NCBI GenBank assembly: GCA_964016885.1
Contig: OZ024752.1
Location: forward strand, 15,004,001-15,068,000
DNA length: 64,000 bases
Direction: 5' to 3'
Source: Eledone cirrhosa
Lineage: Eukaryota
The position numbers and the translations under genes are program-made. The notes beneath the pieces are model-generated. The model was not told the origin of the DNA. It searched no databases and saw only the letters and a program-made list of their open reading frames with translations. This document shows positions 29,479 through 43,100 of the stretch, in pieces; position 1 is the first letter of the stretch; every line of letters begins with the position of its first letter.

Positions 29479-31282
29479 TTAAATACCATTATTTCATCTG
29501 ATACAACACAATAAACCCATAAGTCATAGACTAAAAATAAAATTTAAAAAATATTAATGTTATTTGCAGTATTATTGTTCTGATTTGAAATTCAGTAGAA
29601 CTCATCTTTACCTTTCGTTCATTTGTGGTCAATTTGATATGTTCCAGTCAGTTATTAAAAATCATGTAGTCAAGTACATGACGGAATAGCCGGGAACACG
29701 TGGATACACACTAGTGTTCTTAATTAGCATTACGCTTACTATTGTATGCCTATGTATTGTCCCGTAGCTCCTGATAGATTCGTAGGTGCACCGATTAGCA
29801 TACAGCGTATTTTAAGCCGAGTGGAGCCCATCCCTCTCCAGGCCTGAATACAGCAGATTTTTTAAAGAGAATATAGAAAGAGAGAGAGAAAATGAGAAAG
29901 ACATATAGAGGATAATGCACCACAGTACTTTCTTTATCGACCTCGAAAGGATGAGAGTATAAAAATTGCGGTATTTAAACTCAGAGAACAGTGAGCCAGA
30001 ATGAATACCTTTAAGTATTCTATCTGACGTTCTAACAACTCTGCCAATTCTCCGCGTATAAGTTTACTATTATCAGTTGATATAATTTGGAATTATCTTT
30101 CCACATTTTGTAGCTGTAGTTTGAAATAGACCTGCCGTTTCATCAAATTAAATTTTAACCAATTGTATTTGTGGCCACTGTCCTTTTCTACGTTACAATA
30201 CAACTATCTGTGATAAACATCGATATATGTCCCTGGGATATGTTTGCATGGATAATTTCGTGGATGTTTTGAATGGGTATGAAAAATAATCAGTCCCATG
30301 TTACGTTAATGGAGCCTTAATTCATTTATGTTTTTATTACAAACATTTTATATTTGCTCTATATTATTTAATTTTCTCCTCAATTAGTAATGGTTTCCTA
30401 TTGTCGGTATTATGTAACTATTCTTCCCTCAACGATATATCAATGTTTATGTAAATGTAAATAAATTCTTCTACATTAACCAGACTTTTTCATTGAAATC
30501 TCTGCCAAGCCTCTAAGGTGCACTCATTAAATCAACACGTTTGCTTCATAGGTATAACGAAACATATTCTTTTACTTCTGTTTTCATAAATTCCTTGTGT
30601 AACCAGTCTTCTCACAACTGTCTCTAATCACTGCATAAACACGTAATTAAATGTCACACAGAACGTGACTGCAACTGGATGTGTTATATATTTTTCCTCA
30701 GCGTACATTATTCTTTGTACTCATAGGTAGTTAGGATTGTAAGATAAATACAATGGAATATAAACAGGATTGGCGCATGTTTTCGTTATTCGATCTAATA
30801 GTTCAACATGGTGTTCCACAAGCTTGTTGTTTTCATTGTACAACTTGCAAAACATCGTTAAAGAAAATCAGAATTCCTAATTTCGTGGTTTGTAAATTTA
30901 TATCGTAATGAGTGGTTCTTTATTCGGTTTTAGTAATTTGGGAGCAAGTTATCCTAAATTATAAAGTGGGGAGCAAATATCTATGGGCTTATATATATTC
31001 AGACTTAAAACATATGAAAATTAATTCACTATTAATTCACTATATGTGCTTATTGCTGATTTCATTAGACAAAAGAGATTTACAACTATGATTTTAATTC
31101 ATTTTGATGAAATCAAACCTAAACATATTTCTATTGTCTAAAAGTCTGTCTTAAGCCAGTTAAGGCTCGTTAGGCCGGTGGTTTCATGGCGTGAAGCGAC
31201 TGACAGTACAAAGTCTACAATTTTACAGTTTTACATATGTATTGTACATGTACTTAAGTGAATTCTCTCAGGACGATGGATT

Positions 31283-31485
31283 GGGAGAATCAGTTGATCG
31301 TCGGACAACATGCTTAGTGGCATAGTGTTATGGCGCTTTACGTTCTGTGTTTAAATCTGCCGAAGTTAGATTTATCTTTATTCCTTAAGGGGTCGATGAA
31401 ACAAATACCAGTAATATAGTGGGGTCGATTTAATGGACTTTCCCTTTCCCCAAAAATTGGTATTGTGCTTAAATCAGAAACCGTT
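31283..31485 (+). mobile_element. Diverged tRNA-derived SINE
   Basis: Degenerate match to the SINE core (ggggtcgatgaaacaaataccagt). Confidence 0.7.
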
Positions 31486-31874
31486 ATGTAACAGACTCGT
31501 TTTCATCAAATACTAATGTCTAATGCTGATAAGACAGAAAATGTTTGAAATCCGGTCGTAAACTGTATATGTAATACAAAGAGTCAGCGTCAGCCACACA
31601 CTGTGTCACACTGAAACACTCAGAATTATGTAAAGGGGACACGTGGCGTTCATTTCTTGATCTGGCTGGCCCATTGATTGAAACACTGGAATATTCGACA
31701 CCACCGAATCCGACGGAAATCTAATACAAATCATCTACACCCCCATAATTATTAGAGCACGAGAGAAATGACGTCTAGTATATAAGTTTAAATAACACCG
31801 GTGTCTTTTTTGCTTTATATCTCCTGGAAATCAGTAAATCTGTACGATTCATATACTTAAATCGATTTAGTCGG

Positions 31875-31875
<1 letters not shown>

Positions 31876-31959
<84 letters not shown>

Positions 31960-31960
31960 C

Positions 31961-31999
<39 letters not shown>

Positions 32000-32000
32000 C

Positions 32001-32076
<76 letters not shown>

Positions 32077-32097
32077 GTATATATATTTACATATATA

Positions 32098-32173
<76 letters not shown>

Positions 32174-32174
32174 C

Positions 32175-32205
<31 letters not shown>

Positions 32206-32212
32206 AATACAA

Positions 32213-32267
<55 letters not shown>

Positions 32268-32274
32268 AATACAA

Positions 32275-32322
<48 letters not shown>

Positions 32323-32342
32323 GTATATATATATAAATACAA

Positions 32343-32390
<48 letters not shown>

Positions 32391-32392
32391 TC

Positions 32393-32424
<32 letters not shown>

Positions 32425-32426
32425 TC

Positions 32427-32458
<32 letters not shown>

Positions 32459-32502
32459 TCATATATATATATATACATATATATATATAAATACAAATAT
32501 AG

Positions 32503-32535
<33 letters not shown>

Positions 32536-32596
32536 TTCATATATATATATACATATATATATATATATTCATATATATATATATATATATATATAT
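31876..32596. repeat. (TA)n microsatellite tract
   Basis: TA runs with periodic C/G interruptions. Confidence 0.97.
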
Positions 32597-32812
32597 CTAT
32601 CTAAAGCGGGTAAAATTCCCGAGATCCATGGACGAGTTCTCTCCAGCGGTCTCTGTCCCACATTATCGCTGCCATATCCTGCATCTCCAACAGACCAGTG
32701 TCTGTCCTTAGGGCATCAACATATGTTAACCTTGGTCTTCCTCTTCTAGTGTGTCCATGTAGGGGCTCCCAAAGGAGCACTGAGTGCAATGTCAACTCTG
32801 GATGTCGGTGAG
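32597..32812 (-). mobile_element. RTE LINE 3' tip inserted in (TA)n
   Basis: [23 protein letters not shown]...DRDRWRELV; flanked by TA on both sides. Confidence 0.85.
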
Positions 32813-32813
32813 C

Positions 32814-32861
<48 letters not shown>

Positions 32862-32863
32862 TC

Positions 32864-32902
<39 letters not shown>

Positions 32903-33393
32903 ACTGATTAAATCGATGTAAGTATATGAATGGTACAGATTTACTGGTTTCCAGGGGATATAAAGCAAAAAAGACATCGGTAGGCATAAGGCCGTAGTTA
33001 AGAGTGTATCTGACAGGATCTCTAACTTGTCGGCCAATAAAGAGATCTTCAATAGTAATGCTGATTACTATAACTCAGCGCTAGCCAAGGCGTCGTACAA
33101 CCGTAAGATCAGCTACAACCCTAAGGGGCATGATCGAGATGACCCAAGGGTACCCCGGACCAATACCCTCAGGGGCATGAGTCGCCCACCTAATACCTCG
33201 ATGACCATTAGTAACACTCCCGACCCCTATCCGTCAACAGCCCCGGTAGAAGGTCCCGCATACGCCACCGTTATAATACCTACAACACTGAAACCACTGA
33301 GCTGCGGAGCATAGGCACCACTGCAACGGCCCCACCACCCACCGAACCCTAATTGAGCAGGGAGGCCGCACCTCGCACGTTTATAGCCCCACG

Positions 33394-34335
33394 GTGGGCG
33401 CATATAACCCTCATGATAGTGGCCGCTCCGCACACCTAAGTGACACCAACCGAGCTCGACCTGAGCTGTGCACAACCACGCGATTGACCACGGCGGACAC
33501 TCAACAACCCCACAAGAATAGGACCAGGAAGGTCACATGGTATAACCCTCCGTACTCGGTGGGTCTACGTACGAGCCTGGCTAGAACATTCTTTAGAGTA
33601 CTGGATAAATGTTTCCCTAGGGCCCACAAGTATCATAAAATATTCAACAGGCACACGGTGAAACTTTCCTACTCAACCACACGCTCCGTAGCCCAGCACA
33701 TAGCTGGCATAAATAGGAATAGGCTCACTGCCTCTAATACCACCGTAAACCCCGGAGCCACCCAACAGAACCAGTACGAGGGACGCACCGGAACCCGGAC
33801 AGGCCCAACTAGCACACCGGAACCCAACGACCCTGTGCTGATTGCGGAGGCTACCCAGCCAACCCCGAGTGATGGTAACCACGCGGTACATATGGTGGGG
33901 CTTAAGAATTCGTGTAATTGCAGAGACCCACCACTATGCTCCCTTAGTAATGAATGCATGACGAAAAACGTAGTCTACAGGTGCAAGGTCACAACCCCTA
34001 ACTCTCAGCATTACTACATAGGATCCACAGCAACGAGCTTCAAAGTTCGGTGGTATAACCATCGCCATTCCTTTAACAGAATAGATAAGAGGAAATGTAC
34101 GGCCTATTCCGAATTGATCTGGAAGCTCAAACTTGAAAAGACCCGGCACTCTCTGGTCTGGTCCGTGGTTAGAAAGGTTCCCCCAGACAGAGGCGGGTCT
34201 GGTATTTGCAACCTCTGTCTTAGTGAGACACTCGAGATATTTCATGGCAGAACCAAGCTATTAAACAGAAGGGCCGACTTATTCGGTGCCTGCAGACACC
34301 TTAGGAGGGGAACTTTCCTCAAGCTATATGGATAA
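33394..34335 (+). pseudogene. PLE linker and GIY-YIG endonuclease
   Basis: CNCR, NVVYRC, YYIG, conserved R and H, CxxC-E motifs; upstream in-frame stops. Confidence 0.88.
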
Positions 34336-34587
34336 ACCCCGGTTAAGGCCTCCCACAATGCCTCCCCCCCCCTGTAGGTCCCCTACACCCCACACCAATG
34401 ACTAGTGGATAACAACAACCACCCATAGTTTGTGGTCCCTATGGTGGATGGTCCACCGGATCCTCTACTGGTTAGGAGTCATCAAAACCACGTTTTATTG
34501 AACCTGATTTTATATATATATATATATTATATGTATATATATATATATTTTATGTGTGTATATGTGTGTATTTTATGTGTATATATG

Positions 34588-34623
<36 letters not shown>

Positions 34624-35450
34624 GTGTGTATTTTATATATATATATGTATGTTTTATATCTGTATATATTTTATATATATATATATATATTTTATAAGTA
34701 TATATATATTTTATATGTATATATATATTTTATATATATGTATATTTTATGTATATATGTATGTTTTATATATGTATATATGTATTTTATGTATATATAT
34801 ATATATACTTGTGCGTACATATATATATACACACCTGTATTGATTTGTGTGTGTAGATGTGTGTGTTTCTGAGGGGGTAGGCGTGAGTGTATGTACAAGT
34901 CAACCAACATAAGCCTTTTATTTCAAAATTTTCTAAACTATCTCAGTATTTGACTCTAACCATTATTTTAAGTATTACCAACCCCACATTAATTCCTCAA
35001 TTTGTATGTGTGGATGTGTGTGTGTGTCTGTGGAGGTGGGTGTGAGTGTACGTGCAAGCCAACCTACATAAGACTTTTTATTTGTAAATGTTCTACTCTA
35101 ACCATAATTTCCAGTAGCACCACTCCACATAAATTCATCAATTTAAGAATGACCTGTAGTATCTATTTCATACTATTAACCTTAATTGAATATATATCTG
35201 ACCAGGAATGCTTTTTGTGAAAATCAGTCATATGGAACTATTGTCATCTTGCCTGACGGTTTGAACCTTACAACACCACCTGCCTCTTTGAGGTCAAATA
35301 CCAACCCTACTACCATCTACAAACTGACCAATGAGAATTAATACTATTCCTGCTGACAACATTAAATTATTCCTAACAAGCTCATATGTCCCAAGGCTCT
35401 GATACCATCAACACTATAAACACAGAGCTGGCATATCTAAGAACTGACTA

Positions 35451-35506
35451 ACTGCCTGATGAGGTCAGAGCCATTGAATGGCTATCATCGAAATATATAT
35501 AGCAGT
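35451..35506 (+). ncRNA. Minimal type I hammerhead ribozyme (family I)
   Basis: actgc CTGATGA ggtcag-agccat-tga-atggct-atcatc GAAA tatata TA gcagt, followed by aaataaa. Confidence 0.88.
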
Positions 35507-35547
35507 AAATAAAGGATTATGAGTTCATGCAATTGACTTATGTTTCG

Positions 35548-35582
<35 letters not shown>

Positions 35583-35604
35583 GGGGGGGGCGGGCATATG
35601 TATG

Positions 35605-35641
<37 letters not shown>

Positions 35642-37130
35642 TCTATCAAATGTCGATATCCAGGTGAAGTTACATAATCATTACAGAACAATGACTTCAC
35701 ATATATATTGATTTTTTTCTCTAAACAACTATATACAGCAACCCCTATATACATAAACACTCACACACATCATAACCTATGTACTTATACATATGTTCAC
35801 TGTCTAGAAGTTAATCGCTACATAGCTATAAGTGGATGAAAATAAGAAATATTTCGATAAACTTAACATATCGATATGGGCAAACTTATTGATAATTACG
35901 TAGAAGTGAATATAAAAAGAAATGTAAAAAACCATGGAATGGTAGAATCATTTCAGTTTCATTAGCAGCAGGTAAAGTTCTAATGTTTTAAGGTATCCGT
36001 CAACTTTGTCTTTTATCCTTTCGAGGTCGATGAAAAAGTACCAGTCAAGTACTGGCGTCGATTCTTCCTCTATATCTCTTTCTCATTTCCTCTCTCTCAC
36101 TTTTTATCTTTCTCTGGAAGAAATCTGCTGTACTCAGGCCTGATGAGGATTTGGCTCCGCCAGACTCAAATGCCCAAGAAATGCCGTATGACAATACGAC
36201 ACCCCATGGCTCTAGGAGTTACGGGGTCATCAATACATACAAAGTTTTAATGACATTGCACTCTATTTTTTCTTTCGAATTTGGAACGTTAAGCATTATT
36301 ATCCAGAGTATACTTAATATTCAAAAATATTGCAATACAAAGATATTAAATAGTGCTATTGTTGGTACATGCAAAATAAATTGAATTACATGTATCAACA
36401 AGCCATCGAATATCTTATCCAGTTTCTATACGGTAAAATAGTAGCAGCGTATTTTAACACTGAATAAAAGCGACGTTTTCCACCACAATAACATAAACAA
36501 CAGCGAAAAGTGTCAAGTTAAATATGGAAAAGAGCTGCTTTGGATTTCAAGAAAGAGTCCGGTATCGATTCTAACATGATGTAACCAATTAAATGCTGAT
36601 AAAATACTTCGCCATTCCATATGGAATTCATCGTCATTTCCTGTTGCATATTGTGTTTGTGTGTGAGCATGCGTAACATACATATATTAAGAGGGAGAAC
36701 TCGAAGTCTCATTTTAACATATTTTATTTGTGGTCACGCGTAAAACGTGTCTGTCAAATGACTAGCTTGCAACTGCAATTTATTGCAAATAGCTTCAATT
36801 CTGAGATCGATTTGCTCGACAGGCGCAGTGAAAATCAGAATCGGAATATGTTGTAGATTAAGGCTCGAAACTTGTTATTTGCGTAGCCATTCTTAGGTGT
36901 GATTACAAATACATTATGTGAAAACGAAATTTCCATTTCTCTTAACATAAACATTCTGTATATTGTCGTAATAACAAACAGATGTCGTTGTTGATACTAC
37001 TTGCAATATTGAATATCTAATTCACGTAATAGCATAACGTGCTCAAAAAGGAGCCTTACAATGATTTCTAATTTAGGCACAAGGCCAACAATTTTGGGGA
37101 GAAGAAAGTCGATTAAATCGGTGCATATAT

Positions 37131-37197
<67 letters not shown>

Positions 37198-37292
37198 TAG
37201 ATATATAGATAGATAGATATATATATATATGCATTGAACTCATAAAATTAAGTTCATATGTGGATATGTCACTATCTTTACACTAATTATTG

Positions 37293-37352
37293 TGTTTTAT
37301 CTGACGAAAGCCTACCAACATACTGTACCCTTGAAATATGTATAATAAAATA
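37293..37352 (+). ncRNA. Minimal hammerhead ribozyme (family E, intact core)
   Basis: tgttttat CTGACGA aag...ctt GAAA tatgta TA ataaaata. Confidence 0.75.
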
Positions 37353-37474
37353 AATATGGTTTTATAAAGATATTTTCCATCTATTAATATTATTGATATC
37401 CAGAAGAAAGCTGTTGAGTGCTTCTAATCTGTTAATTAACTTTGTTGAATAATCAACAAAATTAATAACTCATT

Positions 37475-37525
<51 letters not shown>

Positions 37526-37538
37526 AATAACAGATTAA

Positions 37539-37589
37539 AGTTTAAGCAAAGAATCGCTGCTTTCACCCTTAACGGGATCTTCTGAAACT
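37539..37589 (-). ncRNA. Hammerhead-like motif, family A
   Basis: agttt CAGAAGA ... GAAA gcag..ttgc TT aaact with perfect 5-bp stem I; family homology ends exactly at the stem I 5' edge. Confidence 0.6.
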
Positions 37590-37698
37590 CAAAATATTTG
37601 CTCTAGGGTGCTTATATATTTGATATATATATGTATACTTATCGAGCCCTCTTTGGATTTTAGTCTTGACATTTATTATTATTACTATATATATATAT

Positions 37699-37864
37699 AG
37701 TGACGAAACATAAGTCAATTGCATGAACTCATAATCCTTTATTTACTGCTATATATATTTCGATGATAGCCATTCAATGGCTCTGACCTCATCAGGCAGT
37801 TAGTCAGTTCTTAGATATGCCAGCTCTGTGTTTATAGTGTTGATGGTATCAGAGCCTTGGGACA
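37699..37864 (-). mobile_element. Family I PLE 3' tip between TA runs
   Basis: Reverse complement of ~35386-35551. Confidence 0.85.
37745..37800 (-). ncRNA. Minimal type I hammerhead ribozyme (family I)
   Basis: Identical to 35451-35506. Confidence 0.88.
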
Positions 37865-38464
37865 TATATATATAATGCCAGGTCACTCTCGAGTGCTACT
37901 GGTAAAATGTAACCCAGCACAACCTGTCTCATGGTCGTGTCACCGCCGAATAAACCGGCTACCCGAACCAAGCTTGTTTTGTGAGGAGGGTGATATTTAG
38001 ACACCCTATGGGATGAAATACAAGTCCGGGCAAAGGGCGGAGGAACTCAGCAAGTCAACGGCCATCGAAATTTTTTTTTTTTGTGGGCTGTCGTATTTTT
38101 CGTGGCAATCATTTGCACCGAAGATATGTGTCGTCAGTTCCAAAAAGTTTGGTTGGTCTTACTCAAGCCTTTACCACTTAGAACAAAACTTTGTCTGGGT
38201 AGTTCAACATCAGTTCACTTACTTTCGCATTTAACTTTTTTTGGACACTCATACATCGGATCTCGACGGGAGAGTCCATCATATATAATAAAGACAGGAT
38301 TTAACCTTAAGCATAGCTGCATACAGATATGTATTGAAATTCCGTATTTCTAAAGAAAACAAAACACGGTATGTTTATAGATAAACATTTACAAAGTGGT
38401 AGCTATGCAAAAACACCAGGTCTATGGCTCTCTGGTGGTGGGTCCTGATCAGGACGATTCCTTT

Positions 38465-38510
<46 letters not shown>

Positions 38511-38514
<4 letters not shown>

Positions 38515-38659
38515 GTTTCTACTTTTGGCACAAGGCCAGCAATTATTCCAGTACATTACTGGTACTTTATTTTATCGACCCCGTAAGGATGAAAGGCAAA
38601 GTAAACCTCGGCGGGATTTGAACTCAGATCGTAAAGGGACGTAACTATGCTGGAAAGCA
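38511..38659 (-). mobile_element. tRNA-derived SINE, head truncated
   Basis: Shared SINE core and B-box. Confidence 0.85.
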
Positions 38660-38807
38660 TATAAGATCAAAAGATGGTTAAAGGAGTTCAATATATTTTT
38701 AACCATCTTTTGATCTTATATTATGCATACTCCAGTCCCACAAACTGTAGAGTGCTTCTTATCCGATATCTGCATTGCTTTATTGTACTACAATAAAACT
38801 CACCTCC

Positions 38808-38811
<4 letters not shown>
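38659..38811 (+). mobile_element. Mini fold-back terminus, family J
   Basis: atataagatcaaaagatggttaaa and its inverse; tail shared with 50760-50852. Confidence 0.75.
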
Positions 38812-38862
<51 letters not shown>

Positions 38863-39338
38863 TTGCATGGAGAAATATACATACATATATGCATGTGTAT
38901 ACAAATATACGCATGCACAAATAACATGCGCATGCACAAATGTTCAGAATGTATTTAGAGATTTGAGTGTTCAAGAATACATATTTAGGTGTAGTCAACG
39001 AATTATATATATATATATCTTACATCTATTTCACTCTGGTTAGGACATTTCATTACCAGAAGCAACGCTTTTCATTTTGAATAGTAGTTTGGTATTACCT
39101 TATATAGATATTATGATTATGTCGTTTCTGTAAGGTTTGATCATTTGCTCTTTAGTGGTTTCCATACATTACGGTTCCGTACCTGAATGCCATGGCCCAG
39201 TCTAGTGACAGGCTGTGTCATGTTGAATATTACTCAGACTTATGTTGAAGACACACGTGTCTGTTGATAACGTTGTCTAATCTACCGCACTGGAATAATG
39301 TTATTACATGACATGTGCTAGTTTTAGTGGTTTGTTTG

Positions 39339-39572
39339 GCAGAAAGAATTAGACTGGAGACTCGCAAGTCTCTCCCTTCACTGGAAGCCAGAAGAGGGTG
39401 GAATAACGAATCGCGGACGCCCATTAACAACATGGAAGTAGACAGTCCAGAAGGATCTAGATACGGAAGAGCTGATCCCTTGGGATACCAAATCTCTTTC
39501 AGAAGACCGCAGAGGATGGAAATCTTGTGGTGCTGCCCAATGTTCCACGGGAAATGGGAGGATGTAACTAAT
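39339..39572 (+). mobile_element. Decayed RTE-like LINE 3' tip
   Basis: SLHWKPE...RGRPLTTWK*TVQKDL...DRRGWK. Confidence 0.7.
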
Positions 39573-40110
39573 TAACAGTTATCTATAAACTAAGCAGGTA
39601 TATTTCTTTTGATTCAAAAAATGAAACGTTCAACGTTAAAATTTACGTAGATACAGTCCATGGATTATATAAAATAACGAGCAACAAAGTCATGAGTGTT
39701 TGATTTGGAGAACTTCTCTCTGTATGAAACCAGATATTTCAATCAAATCTGATTTAAACTGAAGACATTTGATTGGGGTCGGTGTCGTTTGACCTCCTAT
39801 TTAGCCATAAACCTAGGTAACAGTCAGTTATATTGCTTTTCATTATTCCAATATTTTAAAATAGCAGATAAATACAATTCAAAAGGCTATATATTTCCTG
39901 AACACACGCCTACGTTCACCTAAGGGTGTAAATAATTAGATATACGGAATGTATCAGGGATACGATACATTTCAACAAATAAGTTTTAAGTTGCATGGCT
40001 TACGTATTGACGTTCAATAATTGATGATACAAATTTCCAATATAGAGAACAATAATATGCTTACAGGCAAACGACAGCATCCATCAAATGTTGAACAAAC
40101 ATTAAACTAA

Positions 40111-43100
40111 CTAGCAGAAGAACCACCCTTAGGGTGGTTTTCTGATAGCATGTATAGTGTGTATATTGATATACGCAAATATATATGCACATAGATATAA
40201 TACGTAAATTGACAATACGCGCATAAACTGAACAAAGACTGTGTTACACTTACTTCTGTAATCAGTAAAGTAAAGATACATTTTAAAAAAAGTGATAACA
40301 GAGATGGAAAAGCGATGAAACTGTTGACGGAAAATGTTCATGAATCTTCACTTGAGAATGTCGATGGGAAGCTTCAAGCAGTGAATTTGAAAATAGATGC
40401 TGCTGGTATGAATGAATGAATTACGTTTACCAATATGAAGAGTTGACCTTCGCTATATTGTTGTTTTACTGTATTCACATATAGATTTCTTAAGTTTTTG
40501 TAGTGTCCCTTTTCCAGCAATTAAAAAGAAACTGAATGCATTTCAACTAAAAGAGAGTGATAGCTGTTTCACATCACTGTAGAATGTCTTTGTAGACACA
40601 GTTGTCAGCAAACAGGCCCCTTTCATCTAATATTTTTATATTTTCTTTTTTTGTAATTCGTGATAATGCAACATACATTTGACCATGTGAAAAGAATTGT
40701 GTTGGTAGATATACACCTATCTTTTCATATGTCTGCCCTTGTGCCTTGTTGCATGTAAGGGCAAAGGCTGGTTTGACAGGCAATTGCTTGCGAGTAAAGG
40801 TAAAAGGGAACTCAAGCTCTTAAGATACATGTGGTATCCTTGGGATTAGCAGCCTTGTTCCTGCATTGTGACCCAATGGCACTTCAGCTTCAATTACATG
40901 ATTCTGTAAACTGATGATGATGTAGGGTGTACCATTGCAATGCCCGTTTAGAGGATCCAGGTTTCTCAGAAGCATGATGCAACTGCCTTTCTTTAGTTTA
41001 AGTATGTGTCTTGGGAATCCTGATGAGGTAAGTTTGTTGATGAACTCAATTGGATATTGCAGTTCATTATCTACTGTATCAGAGCTTCTGTAGAGTTTTT
41101 CATGACCAGGGAACTTGTTGACCATGAACTCATTCACCAATCTTGCTGCATCATTTGTTGGAGTTATAATGGCTCTACTTGCAAGCCATAGTGGGTTTGT
41201 GTAGTTTCCTGGAAGATTTGTATACACAAAATCACACAGGCCAGTCACATTACCATATTCCAGACAAAGTTCATTTGGCAGAAGAATAGTGAATGCACCT
41301 ACAGTTGGAACAGTTGGTATGTTACCATTTCCCACATCAAGAAGGTAGTTTGCAAACTCTTTCATCAGAATCCTCTCTATTAATTAACCGTTGATCGGTT
41401 TTCATCTCCATGGTTTCCACATAGTCCCAGAGATAGGATCATTTGATGGTTGCCTCAACTATGTGTGGTCTAGTACCATGACGTACAACTGGAAGAATTT
41501 GTTTCCAGTCACCAGATAGTAATACTGTTAGACCATCAAATGTTTTTTTTTCAATCTCTAACATCTTTTAAGCTCCTGTCAAGGCATTCAAAGATATGCT
41601 TATGTCCCATACCTATCTCATCAATGATTAGCAGGTCAGCTTGCTGCATAAGTTTACCTGTGTCATCCCTCTTTGTGAAGAAGCAAGTTGATTCAGCAGT
41701 CACATTGGTAGGAATCTTGCACTTGGAATGAAGAGTCTACCTTTGTGAAGCAAAGTGGCTGCTATTCCAATAGGATGTTTATGACATAGGTTTTTCCTGT
41801 ACTAGCACTTGCATTCAAGCAGAAAATTCTGCCTTCAATTTCATTTACAGAGGTGATTACTTTGTGAAAAATAACCAGTTGCTCAGGATTTAATATTGGC
41901 AGAAGTTCATTTATGTTTGCTTGCAGTTGGTGTGTATTGAATTCAGTTTCTGCCATAAGAACCGTGTTGATTTCGGGTTTGGCAACACTAGTTGGATCTG
42001 GCCGAGGAAGTCCATAGTTGGCATGAATGTCCAAGCCATCATGTTGAAGTCTTTGTTGGATCTTCTGTAGAACAATCTGCACGGTTTGTATGGAGGTGAT
42101 TTGCTCACGACGTTCATGCATGATACCCTCTGCAAGACAATTCTTCCATTTCTACTAGAACTGCAGAGGGTCATTTGGCATGTACTACAATAAAATGGTG
42201 CAGAAGATCTCTCGCAGCTGAGGACCAAGCGTAATGGATGAGGCCTCTTCCATAGCTTTGTGTTTTTCTCCATCTTCATCTAACAGACCAAGTTTCCTGC
42301 ATGCTTCTTGGAATGTTGGAAATTCAACTCCTTCAATTGTCTTCAATTCTTTGTATGAAGTTGACCCAGCCTTGTGATGTACAATCATTCTGGGGTAATA
42401 TAATTCAGATTGATGTCTACTGAGAGATACTGTTGGAATGCGTCCGAGAGATTCACTCATAAATTGTTGAGCACCACCCAGATGTCCCTTTTTTTCTTCT
42501 TTGCCTCTTTTTGTTTGTCCAAGTGAAATATTTAGGAATATCAATATACAATATGTTTTGTACCAGTGGCTCTCTAATATTCAGTTGAAAATATTCCGTC
42601 AACTTTGTCATTGGCTGTCCCCTAGAAACAACATTTTCTTCCTGCCCTCGCTCATATACGACCATTTGTTAACCAGGTAAATGGCAAGGCAACTGGCGGT
42701 TTTCGATGATGTAATGGAAATTTATAGATTCTCCAGAATGCTTTACTGGCTGAGATGTGCCGTGCATTGATATAGGTCGCAATCGCATTTTGGGCATCGA
42801 CACAATTTCCTTGATCATCCTTAATAGTGAAAGTGATCTTGTCTGATACGTTCGTGATGTACTTATATAAGTACTTAACAACATTGACACTGTGGACAAC
42901 CTCACAATTGATGTCGTACTGATATCTCAATGAAAGGAAAGGATTGTATGGAACAATCCAACGATTATCAACAGTAAATTCTTGACCTTTAAGTTGGATT
43001 GTATGGGTGTGACCACCATGCTGTCTATCCCTTCTTCTATACTCCGGAAAGGAATTTTCGGCAACAAATGTGGTTTGTCTGAATGACTTAGGATAACCTT

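Larger units (their letters stand above)
26300..29515 (+). mobile_element. Near full-length CRE-clade non-LTR retrotransposon (PHD-RT-CCHC-RLE), frameshifted
   Basis: GC-rich island with ordered domains; 3' aataaa; 5' boundary approximate. Confidence 0.85.
32960..35551 (+). mobile_element. 5'-truncated Penelope-like element (thumb-linker-GIY-YIG, long 3' UTR with HHR), family I
   Basis: SVSDRISNLSANKEIF, WYNPPYS, KIFNRHTVKLSYS, VVYRC..YYIGST..RWYNH, CNLCLSE; ends ...tttcgtcac(ta)n. Confidence 0.88.

Noticed and set aside
33312-33356. In-frame stops in PLE ORFs as selenocysteine recoding
   Set aside because: Stops include TAG (33312, 56924) and are not at conserved Cys positions; simple decay is more likely.
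36137-36195. CTGATGA...GAAA hammerhead look-alike
   Set aside because: Homologous copies (17050, 23430, 29840) read CTGGAGA and stem I does not pair.
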